The translations under genes and the position numbers were made by a program. A DNA stretch of 61,597 nucleotides, the filler included, from Nemertoderma westbladi (taxonomy: Eukaryota; Animalia; Xenacoelomorpha), in the NCBI GenBank assembly GCA_032718475.1. It is 2 parts of 2 records of this genome, joined end to end, with 100 filler letters (N's around TTAATTAATTAA, not from the genome) between each part and the next. Parts side by side here need not be neighbours in the genome. Positions count along the whole stretch, not along the records: positions 30,800 to 61,597 come from JAUCBJ010005558.1; 1 more part is not named here. One strand, 5' to 3'. The number at the start of each line of letters is the position of its first letter. Positions within the stretch are counted from its first letter, which is position 1. Below, piece after piece: positions 50,711-61,597 of this stretch. The notes under the pieces are model-generated. The model did not search any database and was not told where the DNA came from. It saw only the letters and a program-made list of their open reading frames with translations.

Positions 50711-51776
50711 TTGGTTCACGGTCCTTGACATAGGTGACCATTATTACCGTAATGTGTGTGTGTGTGTGTGTTAGTGTGTGTGTGTGTGTGTGTGTGTGTC
50801 CAGAGCGATATCTCAGTTATTTATTAATCAATCGAAACAAAATTTGGACAAAAGTTAGATATAGGGATGGCGAAGGCTCATACAAAAAATTGGGTGTCGA
50901 GATGGTATTTGTGCGATGTGAGCGCTATATTTGCGTGTTTTCGCATGGTTTAGGAAAAAGCTATCTTGTCATAGGGAACGCAATGAATGATTCTGATATT
51001 TGGCATGGAGGTACCTGAATTATTTGTAAATCGATTAACGGAGGCCGATTTTTAAATTTGGACCTACATTATGACCTAATTGAAGATTTAATTAAGGTAA
51101 TTAATTAGCACTGCTAGTACTGTCTGATTGTCTGCCTGTAGTAGGCATACCGGACCGGTACTACCTGACCACTGTAGGCCTATCTGCCTATCTTCATACT
51201 GTCATAGGTCAGTACAGCAGTAGGTCCTAGCCTAGCCCTAGCAGTAAATATAATATTTCGCCATGTTCGCAGGCGACTTCGCACTGACTACCAGTAGGCC
51301 TATGCAGCTATGCTATGAGATTAACCGTCCAGTCGTTCAGATGCATATGGTACCGGTACTGGAACGGGTTACGGTTTAATCCTGCATTTGTCAATTACGA
51401 CAATACCGGTACGACTTTGAGTACCGCTGTACCGGTACGCGGTAGCCTACCGTTACCGGTTGACCGGTAGGCGTAGGCGGTAGACCTACGGTGCGATGGT
51501 AGCCAGCCGGTAGGTGGTAGGCTTACCGTACCAGTATAAATGTTGGCGGATGGCGGGATGACGTCGTGTGGCGCGTAATTACTTACCGGTTGCCGGTAGA
51601 CGCCTACCCAACTCGTAACTGGTGGTCGTGGTCGTGGTGGGATGAGCACAGGAGCATGAGGTCGCCTACGATGGGAACAAGTGAAAAGGAAACATAGGCC
51701 TACCCGAACGAAAACGTATTATTATTGTACTGATTAAGTAGGAGGACCGTGAACCTTCCAGGCTTGCCAGCTTGTA
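50711..51776 (+). mobile_element. Helentron-associated (HINE/DINE-1-like) element, copy 1
   Basis: Subterminal inverted repeats GGTTCACGGTCCT / AGGACCGTGAACC, (GT)n tract, 3' hairpin caggct-tgcc-agcttg, inserted in a T run. Confidence 0.8.
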
Positions 51777-51799
51777 TTTTTTACAGTGTGTTTTCCATC

Positions 51800-51943
51800 A
51801 GGAAGCCTTTTATATATCCTTATGTATAGAGTCGACATGTTTTTTTATGTCGTGTTTGTACCAGAATTCTTTATTGCAATATTCACACTTATTGGTTCAC
51901 GGTCCTTGACATAAGTGACCATTATTACCGTAATGTGTGTGTG

Positions 51944-51986
<43 letters not shown>

Positions 51987-53310
51987 CCAGAGCGTTATCT
52001 CAGTTATTCAATAATCAATCGAAACAAAATTTGGACAAAAGTTAGATATAGGGATGGCGAAGGCTCATACAAAAAATTGGGTGTCGAGATGGTATTTGTG
52101 CGATGTGAGCGCTATATTTGCGTGTTTTCGCATGGTTTAGGAAAAAGCTATCTTGTCATAGGGAACGCAATGAATGATTCTGATATTTCGCATGGAGGTA
52201 CCTGAATTATTTCTAAATCGATTAACGGAGGCCGATTTTTAAATTTGGACCTACATTATGACCTAATTGAAGATTTAATTAAAGTAATTAATTAGCATTA
52301 GCAATTACCAATACTGCAGTACGGGTACTGCAGTCCTGTAGGCCCTAGACTGCTAGTACTGTCTGATTGTCTGCCTGTCAGCCTGTAGTAGGCATACCGG
52401 ACCGGTACTACCTGACCACTGTAGGCCTATCTGCCTATCTTCATACTGTCATAGGTCAGTACAGCAGTAGGTCCTAGCCTAGCCCTAGCAGTAGATAGCT
52501 AACGGTACTTCTGACTGGCAGACTGGCATAGCATTTCAGTTTATTATTATCCATCAGGTAGGCTATGCCTGGCTTAAATATAATATTTCGCCATGTTCGC
52601 AGGCGACTTCGCACTGACTACCGGTAGGCCTATGCAGCTACCGGTAGGCTATGAGATTAACCATCCAGTCGTTCAGATGCATATGGTACCGGTACCAGAA
52701 CGGGTTACGGTTTAATCCTGCATTTGTCAATTACGACAATACCGGTACGACTTCAGAGTACCGCTGTACCGGTACGCGGTAGCCTACCGTCACCGGTTGA
52801 CCGGTAGGCGTAGGCGGTAGACCTACGGTGCGATGGTAGCCAGCCGGTAGGTGGTAGGCTTACCGTACCGGTATAAATGTTGGCGGATGGCGGGATGACG
52901 TCGTGTGGCGCGTAATTACTTACCGGTTGCTGGTAGACGCCTACCCAACTCGTAACTGGTGGTCGTGGTCGTGGTGGGATGAGCATGAGGTCGCCTACGA
53001 TGGGAACAAGTGAAAAGGAAACATAGGCCTACCGGAACGAAAACGTACCCGAATACTGGGTACGTTTCGACAATGATGTATCGGTTATTATTATTGTACT
53101 GATTAAGTAGGAGGACCGTGAACCCTCCAGGCTTGCCAGCTTGTATTTGATATCTTTATGTATAGAGTCGACATGTTGTTTTAGACAGTCTTTTCTAGCA
53201 AATGATTTTCAACAATGAAAACAGTTGTATTTGATATCTTTATGAAAGCAGTTCACATGGTAGGTAGCATGCTGACTGAATTCTTTATGACAATAACCGC
53301 ACTTACGTTT
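51800..53310 (-). pseudogene. Decayed C2H2 zinc-finger array interrupted by HINE copy 2
   Basis: 51800-51891 and 53146-53310 carry the gatatc(c/t)ttatgtatagagtcgacatg (HVDSIHKDI) unit of the 60622-61597 gene, with indels. Confidence 0.8.
51892..53145 (+). mobile_element. HINE/DINE-1-like element, copy 2 (longer)
   Basis: Same termini and core as 50711-51776 with extra internal segments; inserted at TT. Confidence 0.8.
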
Positions 53311-53488
53311 GATACTACAGTATTGTATAGTCAAAAAGACCTAGTCTACCAACAGTCAAAGAAAGGCTTCAAAAAAATGTCCGATTATCTAAATAGGATT
53401 CCTTAAATTCTAAAAGATCTAAATAATATCAGCAGATAGACGCAACTAAGGAAATTACGTCATTCTGTGGGGCGAGCCACGAAGTGAG

Positions 53489-54455
53489 CGAAGCCTTAGC
53501 ATATGTGTACCATTAACGAGTTGTCTGTCATCGTTGACGTCGTAAATTTTTGATCACTAATAACTCAGTCATTCCTTGATGAATTTAAACGAAACTTGGT
53601 ACGTATGTAGTCCGGCGAATGTTTAGAAAGAATCTTAGAAAGAAAGAGAATAGAAATAATTTTTTGGTAAAAAAAAAACGAACGAACGCAACGAGTTTAC
53701 AGTGGATACGAGTATCCATCTGCCATAAATCAGCGGTTACTCTTACAGTTTCGACACTTTGCATAGTTATAAAGGTCGTTATTCTCCTTTTAGGAAAATT
53801 ATTTTAAGACAAAACAGAATGAGCGCAACGCGGCTAATGAAGGAGAAGAGTATTGTAAAACTAAAAATGTCATACTTAACTTAAATAGCTCTAGTTAGAA
53901 GGTTTACAAATGACAGTTAAAGTGTGTAAGGGCAAACTGAAATGGATCTCTATTTTTACAACTAGATTATCACAAACTGATAGCATGCCTTCACTCATAT
54001 AAATTTTGTGAATGACTGTTTTCTTATATCTAATAGAGATTAGTATAATGTACTTTCTAATATAGGCTCTCGTGCTGCGCGAAGGCCCCACGAACGTGCA
54101 CCACTCTGCAGTAAGCCCACCGAACTAATACAGTTGTTTACACAGTATTCAGGTATTACGGAATCCGGGAAGAACGGCAAGGATGTTTATCTGATCGCTT
54201 CTAAAATTCCAAAATAACCTGCCAGCGGCTATAAGCATTTTAAAATCATTATTAGTTTGCTAAACCGACCCAAGTCAACACACTGAGGATTAAGTTGCGA
54301 CAGATTGTTATTTGGTGTTATGTTGCGACAGACTACTGTTAATCGATGACAGCGACTGCGACACTGTACCGGTCACGGCCAGTGGTACAGGTCTGTAGGC
54401 CTACCCTCAACCGGTAACGGATAGGTGGCTTTGGGAACGAATGTGATCAAATACA
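53489..54455 (+). repeat. 967-bp direct repeat, copy 1
   Basis: cgaagccttagc...aaataca; near-identical to 58534-59500. Confidence 0.92.
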
Positions 54456-54722
54456 AGGCAGGGTCCTGGTCAACACTTGTGATATCAAAAATGATACAAA
54501 TAAAAAAAAATCGAAAAAAATGATTAATCAAAAGAAAAAAAAATGAAAAAAAAATCGAAAAGTGATATACTGACACACTGATATAAAATGTAAGAAGATG
54601 CTAAGATGCTGATGTAGGCCTAAACTAAGTAAGGCTTTATGATTCTGGCTGACTGGGGCTACCCTACCACTAGCTGACTAGTCAAAATACTAGACGGCTA
54701 GACCAGTAGACAGACAGTCAAA

Positions 54723-54995
54723 CACGTTCGTGGGGCTTTCGCGCAGCACGATAGTACATTATACTAATCTCTATTATATATACGAAAACTGTCTTTCCTA
54801 AAATATATATGAGTGAAGGCGATGCTATCAGTTTGTGATAAACTAGTTGTAAAAATAGAGATCCATTTCAGTTTGCCCTTACACACTTTAACTGTTATTT
54901 GTAAACCTTCTAACTAGGGCTATTTAAGTTAAGTATGACATTTTTAGTTTTACAATAATCTTCTCCTTCTATAGCCTCGTTCCGCGCGTCCTGTG
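54723..54995 (-). repeat. Inverted partial copy of about 53815-54099
   Basis: aaaaatagagatccatttcagtttgcccttacacactttaactg is the reverse complement of the sequence near 53913-53957. Confidence 0.88.
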
Positions 54996-55397
54996 TTGAG
55001 GAGTCAGTTCGGGGAAGTTAGTAGTCAAAAAATTAATTATTGTAAACTAACTAAAATCTTTATATTCCGACAAACCTACAGTAGTAATATAATTTAATCC
55101 AAACCACACAAACTAATTACAAAATAATGTATATTAAGTCTAATACATAGGGTTTATATCAGTACATTGATTACGTAAAATACTTATGTCAAACAGGTTA
55201 CACATGGCAATGGTTTAAATGATGACACAATTAATTACTTAATTAATTACAATAAAGTGTTAAACCTGCAGTGATTATCAGATTGCAGTCAACGTCAAAA
55301 TAAGCAATAAATCAAAACAAGAACTTTGCAATATCACAATAAATTAATTTGTAGTATCCACGATATCCAGGTTGGAATTTATGTAGTCAGGGAGGCC

Positions 55398-58226
55398 TCA
55401 GGCCTGAGCACGACGAAAGGCTACAGATGATTCATCCGTCCAGGCAACAGCATCATGCGGCTGGTCAGACAACAGGGTGTCGAGTGGGGCAATGAGACTA
55501 GAACAATGGGGGAGAACCTTAGCTAAAACCTTGAAGGATCCAATGAACGACCTGAGCTCACGGATGGTAGATGGGGGTGGGCAACATGAGAGAGTAGATG
55601 TGATATGAGGTGATGCAGAGAGGAATCCCTCAGTCCATTGCCAACCAAGAATAGTGGTGGAACGTGGACAAATGACGGTTTTCTTTGGTGATAACCGTAA
55701 GTCACAGTGATGAAGTGCTGCAAGGAGGGCAGTGAAATTACTAAGGAGATCTTTTATGGTGTTTCCACCACAGTAAAGATCATCGGCGAACTTTGTGACA
55801 CCACCTTGGATGATAAGGTCACCAAGGACTCTGCACATAAGTTCCTCAAGTGCAGTCTCAGATCCTGGCATGCCCATGGCACAACGGGCATAAACACGTA
55901 CACCCCGGAATGGTGTAACTACGCCACAAAACTTCATTGATGATTGCTGTAAGGGAATTTGATAAAAGGCAGAAGTTAAATCAGTTTTAATAATGTAACG
56001 GTAGGAACCAATGGTACGAAGGGTGGACGTGACATCAGGGAGTAAGGCAGGTTGGAGCTTGCAGTATCGAGCTACCTCAGTGAAGGCTGTGACAAGGCGG
56101 GTGCCGCCATTAGGCTTAGAGACTAGAAATGATGGGGATAAATACTCAACATTAACTGGGACTGACTCTGGCGTAGCAAATACACCAAGGTGTTCAAGTT
56201 CATCAAAGCGCTCTTGCAACTCTAGTAGGCGGTTGCGGGCATACTGAGGCAGACGACCCTTATGTTGGGGAGGGAGGGTAGGTCCCATGTTAACAACTGC
56301 CTCGAATGGGCCAGCTGCACCATTGTACCCTTGATAGTGGGGGTTAAAGACAGTATCATATTTATCTAATAAAGCATGGAAACTTTGGCGGTCAGAGGGG
56401 GAGAGTAGACTGTCGTGATCAATAGAAACCGGATCTGAGTACTTTAGTGCGGGATGAGGGGGTTGACGAACAACCGTACTGGGTGTATTATTGACATTGG
56501 TCACTGCTGCTGGTTGAGAAATGGCTGGGGTTGATGTACATACATGGGAGTTACGTTTTATAGTGACAGGGTTTGGTAACTCATTTGGGATACGGACTTG
56601 TCCAAGATAAGGTTGGACAACCATGGGTGAAAACCATGGTGGAGGGAATGATCCAGAGCCGGGGGCAAGATGTGGGGCAACAAGAAGTGGGGTATCGCAG
56701 TCGATATGGGGAGGTAGGGAGAGGGAGAGGGAGTCTCCAGGCCATATCACAGATGAGTGGGAAGGAGCGCGGAGGAGGGTAGACTCAATCCGCCGCACAT
56801 TAGGTATAGCTGGTGAAGATGGTGTATATATGGCTGAACTGCCATCACGGAATGTGATTCTGTTAAGGGCAGGACGAATGCTGATATCATTTGCCTGTAG
56901 AAATGGCATTCCAGCTATAACAGGGGCTCCCAAGGAGGAGACTACAAGGCCCGTAAATGGAAAGGTTAATAATTTATGTGACATACTGAAGGTAGTTTCA
57001 CCAATAACACGGAGGGTGGATTTACCATCAGCAAGGGCTGGTACTTGCCGGGAGCTGGGCGATATAGTTACTCCTAGGGTTCGCACTAGTGATTCCCAGA
57101 TAAGATTTGATTCGGATCCGCAGTCCAGGGTAATACGGTACGCATTTCCATTGGTACATACATCAAGATATGGGGAGTGAACAACTGCTACACGTTGGAC
57201 TCGGGGTGAGTCCTCCGAAAATTTATCTAACTCAACAATGGGAATATCATCAACTTCCTCGTCCTCTTCATCCTCAAGATCTATAAGACGGGTACGAGTA
57301 ATGTATTTACGGTCACGTTCGGGTAGAAAGGGGCAGTTACTCAGAAAATGGTCTATAGGATGACGACCTACCTGGTAACATAGTGCACAGGTTGGGCTAG
57401 TGCGTGAACGTTGCAGCGACAACTGTCGGTGCCGGGCATCACTCCTTTGCTTGGTTACCGGTGGTCCTGGTCGACGGGCTATGACAGTGTGGGTGTGGAA
57501 GGAACGCACTTCGGTTGACGCATGGATTTCCTCAAGGAGGGAAGTTAGTGCTTGGCTCACTTCTGGTTTTATGGAGGCCAGGGTGCGGGAACGCAGCTCA
57601 GTTCCATATCGCTGTTGTACAAGGCGTGGTAAGTCTTCATGGATAAGGCGCAACCATGTCAGGACAATGAAATTTTCGAGTGAAGGGGAAACCTCCTCAT
57701 CTTCCATGGGGGCTACACCATGGTGGGTAACGCCTCCTGCCTGGGACAGGAGGTTGTCTTCCATGAAGGCAGTTAGCCGTTGATATAGATCCTCGGGCCT
57801 CTCCTCCGTTTCCAGGTGGATGGTGGCAAAATCGAGGAATCTCGCGCCAGTAGATTGGAAACCGTAATGCTGGCGTATGGCATGCCAGATGGTAATTAGA
57901 GATGTGGAAGTGCGGACAATGGAGTTTCTTGAGATAATTGGGGCGTAGTTGGCAATCTGCCCAAGCATTAGCTCAAGTGCGGCTGCTTGTTGGGTGGCTG
58001 TACGGCGCCGGGCTACTGGTATGGTGTCCGGATCATCATGGAGATCGCGGTTCGGGTTGTTGGGGGTTTTTCGACCCCATGTAGCACCAGCATCGGTAAA
58101 CCGTGCGAATTCCGGATCAAGGGCGAGTGTATACGTCAATGTTTGCCTCCACGATTCAAATGAGGTAGTTGTCTCGACTTTAGATAATGTATGCAGCTTT
58201 GGTGGGCGTAAGGTAGAGGCGGCCAT
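55398..58226 (-). CDS. Gypsy Gag-protease-RT polyprotein, truncated before RNase H and integrase
   Basis: Knuckle CALCYQVGRHPIDHFLSNC, protease LDCGS, RT SPSFLVSKPNGGTRLV, TDLTSAFYQ, MGMPGS, FADD, LRSFIG. Confidence 0.92.
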   Translation of the reverse strand: MAASTLRPPKLHTLSKVETTTSFESWRQTLTYTLALDPEFARFTDAGATWGRKTPNNPNRDLHDDPDTIPVARRRTATQQAAALELMLGQIANYAPIISRNSIVRTSTSLITIWHAIRQHYGFQSTGARFLDFATIHLETEERPEDLYQRLTAFMEDNLLSQAGGVTHHGVAPMEDEEVSPSLENFIVLTWLRLIHEDLPRLVQQRYGTELRSRTLASIKPEVSQALTSLLEEIHASTEVRSFHTHTVIARRPGPPVTKQRSDARHRQLSLQRSRTSPTCALCYQVGRHPIDHFLSNCPFLPERDRKYITRTRLIDLEDEEDEEVDDIPIVELDKFSEDSPRVQRVAVVHSPYLDVCTNGNAYRITLDCGSESNLIWESLVRTLGVTISPSSRQVPALADGKSTLRVIGETTFSMSHKLLTFPFTGLVVSSLGAPVIAGMPFLQANDISIRPALNRITFRDGSSAIYTPSSPAIPNVRRIESTLLRAPSHSSVIWPGDSLSLSLPPHIDCDTPLLVAPHLAPGSGSFPPPWFSPMVVQPYLGQVRIPNELPNPVTIKRNSHVCTSTPAISQPAAVTNVNNTPSTVVRQPPHPALKYSDPVSIDHDSLLSPSDRQSFHALLDKYDTVFNPHYQGYNGAAGPFEAVVNMGPTLPPQHKGRLPQYARNRLLELQERFDELEHLGVFATPESVPVNVEYLSPSFLVSKPNGGTRLVTAFTEVARYCKLQPALLPDVTSTLRTIGSYRYIIKTDLTSAFYQIPLQQSSMKFCGVVTPFRGVRVYARCAMGMPGSETALEELMCRVLGDLIIQGGVTKFADDLYCGGNTIKDLLSNFTALLAALHHCDLRLSPKKTVICPRSTTILGWQWTEGFLSASPHITSTLSCCPPPSTIRELRSFIGSFKVLAKVLPHCSSLIAPLDTLLSDQPHDAVAWTDESSVAFRRAQA

Positions 58227-58424
58227 TAGCTGCAGATTTGTATGATTGGATAGGGGTAACAGGGTAGGCCTATATTTTAAATAGGGCTATATGGGACAGA
58301 TACACCAGCAGGTATTAAAGTACCGGTATTTATTTGAAATCTGGCAGTCTGGGTATTGTAGAGTAGCAGAGTAGAGGGTTGTGTGGTGGTGTTCTGAGTT
58401 CTGAATGTCTGAATCAACCAAAAC

Positions 58425-58440
58425 GCTGCCACCACGCCAA
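58425..58440 (-). promoter_or_regulatory. Putative primer-binding site of the Gypsy element; LTR remnant at about 58444-58533
   Basis: ..CCATCA tat TGGCGTGGTGGCAGCG about 200 bp upstream of the gag ATG. Confidence 0.6.
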
Positions 58441-58533
58441 TATGATGGTAAGCTGCCCGGATAATATTGTAGGCAGGTAAGAATATGATAGGCCTATATA
58501 ATATATATTTAATAACAAGTTGGTTAATTGGGT

Positions 58534-59500
58534 CGAAGCCTTAGCATATGTGTACCATTAACGAGTTGTCTGTCATCGTTGTCGTCGTAAATTTTTGATC
58601 ACTAATAACTCAGTCATTCCTTGATGAATTTAAACGAAACTTGGTACGTATGTAGTCCGGCGAATGTTTAGAAAGAATCTTAGAAAGAAAAAGAATATAA
58701 ATAATTTTTTGGTAAAAAAAAAACGAACGAACGCAACGAGTTTACAGTGGATACGAGTATCCATCTGCCATAAATCAGCGGTTACTCTCACAGTTTTGAG
58801 ACTTTGCATAGTTATAAAGGTCGTTATTCTCCTTTTAGGAAAATTATTTTAAGACAAAACAGAACGAGCGCAACGCGGCTAATGAAGGAGAAGAGTATTG
58901 TATAACTAAAAATGTCATACTTAACTTAAATAGCTCTAGTTAGAAGGTTTACAAATGACAGTTAAAGTGTGTAAGGGCAAACTGAAATGGATCTCTATTT
59001 TTACAACTAGATTATCACAAACTGATAGCATGCCTTCACTCATATAAATTTTGTGAATGACTGTTTTCTTATATCTAATAGAGATTAGTATAATGTACTT
59101 TCTAATATAGGCTCTCGTGCTGCGCGAAGGCCCCACGAACGTGCACCACTCTGCAGTAAGCCCACCGAACTAATACAGTTGTTAACACAGTATTCAGGTA
59201 TTACGGAATCCGGGAAGAACGGCAAGGATGTTTATCTGATCGCTTCTAAAATTCCAAAATAACCTGCCAGCGGCTATAAGCATTTTAAAATCATTATTAG
59301 TTTGCTAAACCGACCCAAGTCAACACACTGAGGATTAAGTTGCGACAGATTGTTATTTGGTGTTATGTTGCGACAGACTACTGTTAATCGATGACAGCGA
59401 CTGCGACACTGTACCGGTCACGGCCAGTGGTACAGGTCTGTAGGCCTACCCTCAACCGGTAACGGATAGGTGGCTTTGGGAACGAATGTGATCAAATACA
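58534..59500 (+). repeat. 967-bp direct repeat, copy 2
   Basis: Matches 53489-54455 apart from a few substitutions. Confidence 0.92.
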
Positions 59501-59514
59501 TTTCCGTGGATCTA

Positions 59515-59595
59515 AGACGTTTCGTTCCGGGACTTTTCTTCCCCGGACTTTTCGTCCTGGACTTTTCGTTCCGGTATTTTCGTCCCAGACTTTCA
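59515..59595. repeat. Short tandem gacttttcgt(t/c)cc repeats
   Basis: About five degenerate copies. Confidence 0.7.
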
Positions 59596-60621
59596 AAAAA
59601 TACAAGCTAGTAAAAAAACACTGGCTACTGTACAATAAAAAAATATATCCAGCGGCCTACAAATGTTCTAGAACTCTTACCAATAACAAATATAAAAAAC
59701 CATATTTTAAAAATTTCAAAAAGTACTAGCTAGTAACTAGAAAGCCAGCAAGCTGGCTATAAGAAGACTGTCTATAAGACAACAAAACCGAAAAACTAAA
59801 TGATAATCTAATCCCCAATCAAATATCAATCGCAATCAATATGTAAACCCCTCCCACCCTCCATGCAGCATTGGAGAAAGCAGCATTAATGCCATGACCA
59901 GTTCGGAGTTCTCAATAGACAACCCACCCCAACCATTGGATTTACTGAGACACATTCAACACTCCGGCCAGCTTGCTACCTGTCTTCCCAGCTAACCGGA
60001 GTTAAATAATTATACAACTTTGCTATGATACAGAGAAAATCCTTCCCTATTCGCTACCATAGGCAAAGTTCAGGCTGCGTGAGGGAATATTACATATTTA
60101 TACACTATTTTATTTTCAATCAATAAATAATCATACATCTTTATATAAACACTCGAATATAACAAAAACTTTGTGAGAATGGGACACGGCGAATCGACCT
60201 GCGCTATTTTTATTCAACATGAGCTTAATTTTACCCGCTAAATAATTAATAACTGAAATAAGAACCCAAATAATCGATACATTTCTTTGTATAGTTGGCC
60301 ATGAAGTAGAGCACTTCTTACCCTTCCAAGCCAATATCAATGTGCACAAACAAACATACATACAGACAAACACACAGCTTGAACCACTAAAATTATTGAA
60401 AAGTTATGTCTCTGTTCTAGGGGATGTCGGTGAAATAAACCTAGTAATGACTGTAGTCAATTAAAAATTAACAATCACCTATTTATTTTATATTTAATTC
60501 ATTCTAAAATAAACATCTTTCCGATAATGATTAGATACAAAAATATAGTTCAGTATAATACAACAATTTTGGTACGGGCAACTTTAAGACTTATGAACAG
60601 AATTGTGTTATTGTTATTTTG

Positions 60622-61597
60622 TTACCGGTAACTTGAGAAGAGACAAGATTTATGAACAGAATTGACATGATCGTGTAGGTAGACTTGCCGACTGAATTCT
60701 TTATGACAATAACCGCACTTATATTTGATACCTTTATGTATAAAGTCGACATGTATTTTTAGTGCGGCTTTTGTAGTAAATGATTTTCCACAATCAGAAC
60801 AGTTGTACTTGATATCTTTATGTATAGAGTCGACATGTCGTTTTAGAGCGGCTTTTGTAGCAAATGATTTTACACAATCGGAACAGCTATACTTGATGAT
60901 ACCTTTGTGGGCAAAGTTAACGTGAGTGTTTAGACTTATTTGCTGGCTGAATTCTTTATTACAATAACCGCACTTATGTTTGATATCTTTATGTATAGAG
61001 TCGACATGTAGTTTTAGTGCGGCCTTTGTAGCAAATGATTTTCCACAATCGGCGCATCTATACTTGATGATACCTTTGTGGGCAAAGTTGATATGGGTGT
61101 TTAGAGTCTTTTGCAGGCTGAATTCCTTATTACAATAACCGCACTTATGTTTGATATCCTTATGTATAGAGTCGACATGTACTTTTAGGTGCTGTTTGTA
61201 ACTGAATTCTTTATTACAATAACCGCACTTATGTTTGATATCTTTATGTATAGAGTCGACATGTCGTTTTAGTTCGGCATTTGTAGCAAATGATTTCCCA
61301 CAATCGAAACAGTTGTACTTGATATCTTTATGAAAGTAGTTCATATGGGTGTTTAGATTCCCTTGGTGGCTGAATTCTTTATGACAATAACCGCACTTAT
61401 GTTTGATATGTTTATGTATAGAGTCGACATGTTGTTGTAGTTCGGCATTTTTAGCAAATGATTTTCCACAATCGGAGCAGCTATGCTTGATGATACCTTT
61501 GTGGGCAAAGTTAATGTGGGTGTTTAGACTCCCTTTCTGGCTGAATTCTTTATGACAATAACCGCACTTATGTTTGATATCTTTATGTATAAAGTCG
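60622..61597 (-). CDS. Tandem C2H2 zinc-finger protein, 3' part (frame open to the window edge; 11 complete fingers)
   Basis: CxxC-x12-HxxxxH units of two types (CGYC.KEFS and CxDCGKSF) with K(D/G)I(I)K(H/Y) linkers; stop at 60622. Confidence 0.9.
   Translation of the reverse strand, partial: DFIHKDIKHKCGYCHKEFSQKGSLNTHINFAHKGIIKHSCSDCGKSFAKNAELQQHVDSIHKHIKHKCGYCHKEFSHQGNLNTHMNYFHKDIKYNCFDCGKSFATNAELKRHVDSIHKDIKHKCGYCNKEFSYKQHLKVHVDSIHKDIKHKCGYCNKEFSLQKTLNTHINFAHKGIIKYRCADCGKSFATKAALKLHVDSIHKDIKHKCGYCNKEFSQQISLNTHVNFAHKGIIKYSCSDCVKSFATKAALKRHVDSIHKDIKYNCSDCGKSFTTKAALKIHVDFIHKGIKYKCGYCHKEFSRQVYLHDHVNSVHKSCLFSSYR

Larger units (their letters stand above)
47508..51788. mobile_element. CACTG-ended (CMC/EnSpm-like) non-autonomous DNA transposon with nested inserts
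   Basis: CACTGTAAAAAA / TTTTTTACAGTG termini, TG on both flanks, ccataa..ttatgg subterminal repeats at 47550-47740 and 50380-50710. Confidence 0.75.

Noticed and set aside
56011-58245. Plus-strand ORFs opposite the Gypsy polyprotein
   Set aside because: Antisense shadows of a real coding frame.
53489-59500. 967-bp direct repeats as the Gypsy LTR pair
   Set aside because: No TG..CA ends or TSD, the repeat begins about 90 bp from the PBS, and its sequence belongs to a dispersed non-autonomous family also seen at 46850.

Overview
Repeat-rich animal (invertebrate-type) genomic DNA made of two pieces joined by an artificial 100-bp linker (N44-TTAATTAATTAA-N44, 30700-30799). Left piece: three minus-strand exons of a BRPF1/BRD1 (peregrin) gene whose introns hold satellites built from the gene's own splice junctions, a G-rich/C-rich foldback pair enclosing a decayed CR1/L2-group LINE, a 49-bp satellite, a SINE, MITEs, and a complete four-exon Meteorin/METRNL gene (310 aa). 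Right piece: a nest of transposons. Its centrepiece is a very young 14.2-kb BEL/Pao LTR element (31298-45490; about 1.2-kb near-identical LTRs; CGTCG target-site duplication, TSD) inserted into a dead Gypsy RT. The element keeps Gag and protease but has lost RT, most of RNase H and integrase. It carries an antisense 1831-bp copy of the host DNAJC13/RME-8 gene (1585 nt of uninterrupted coding sequence plus the start of an intron) flanked by a 9-bp duplication GGAAAGCGC; removing the copy restores the Gag-protease frame. Downstream are a CACTG-ended DNA element with pogo and Helentron-type inserts, a truncated Gypsy gag-pro-RT ORF, and decayed and intact C2H2 zinc-finger arrays. Protein identities come from my recall of family sequences, not from database searches.
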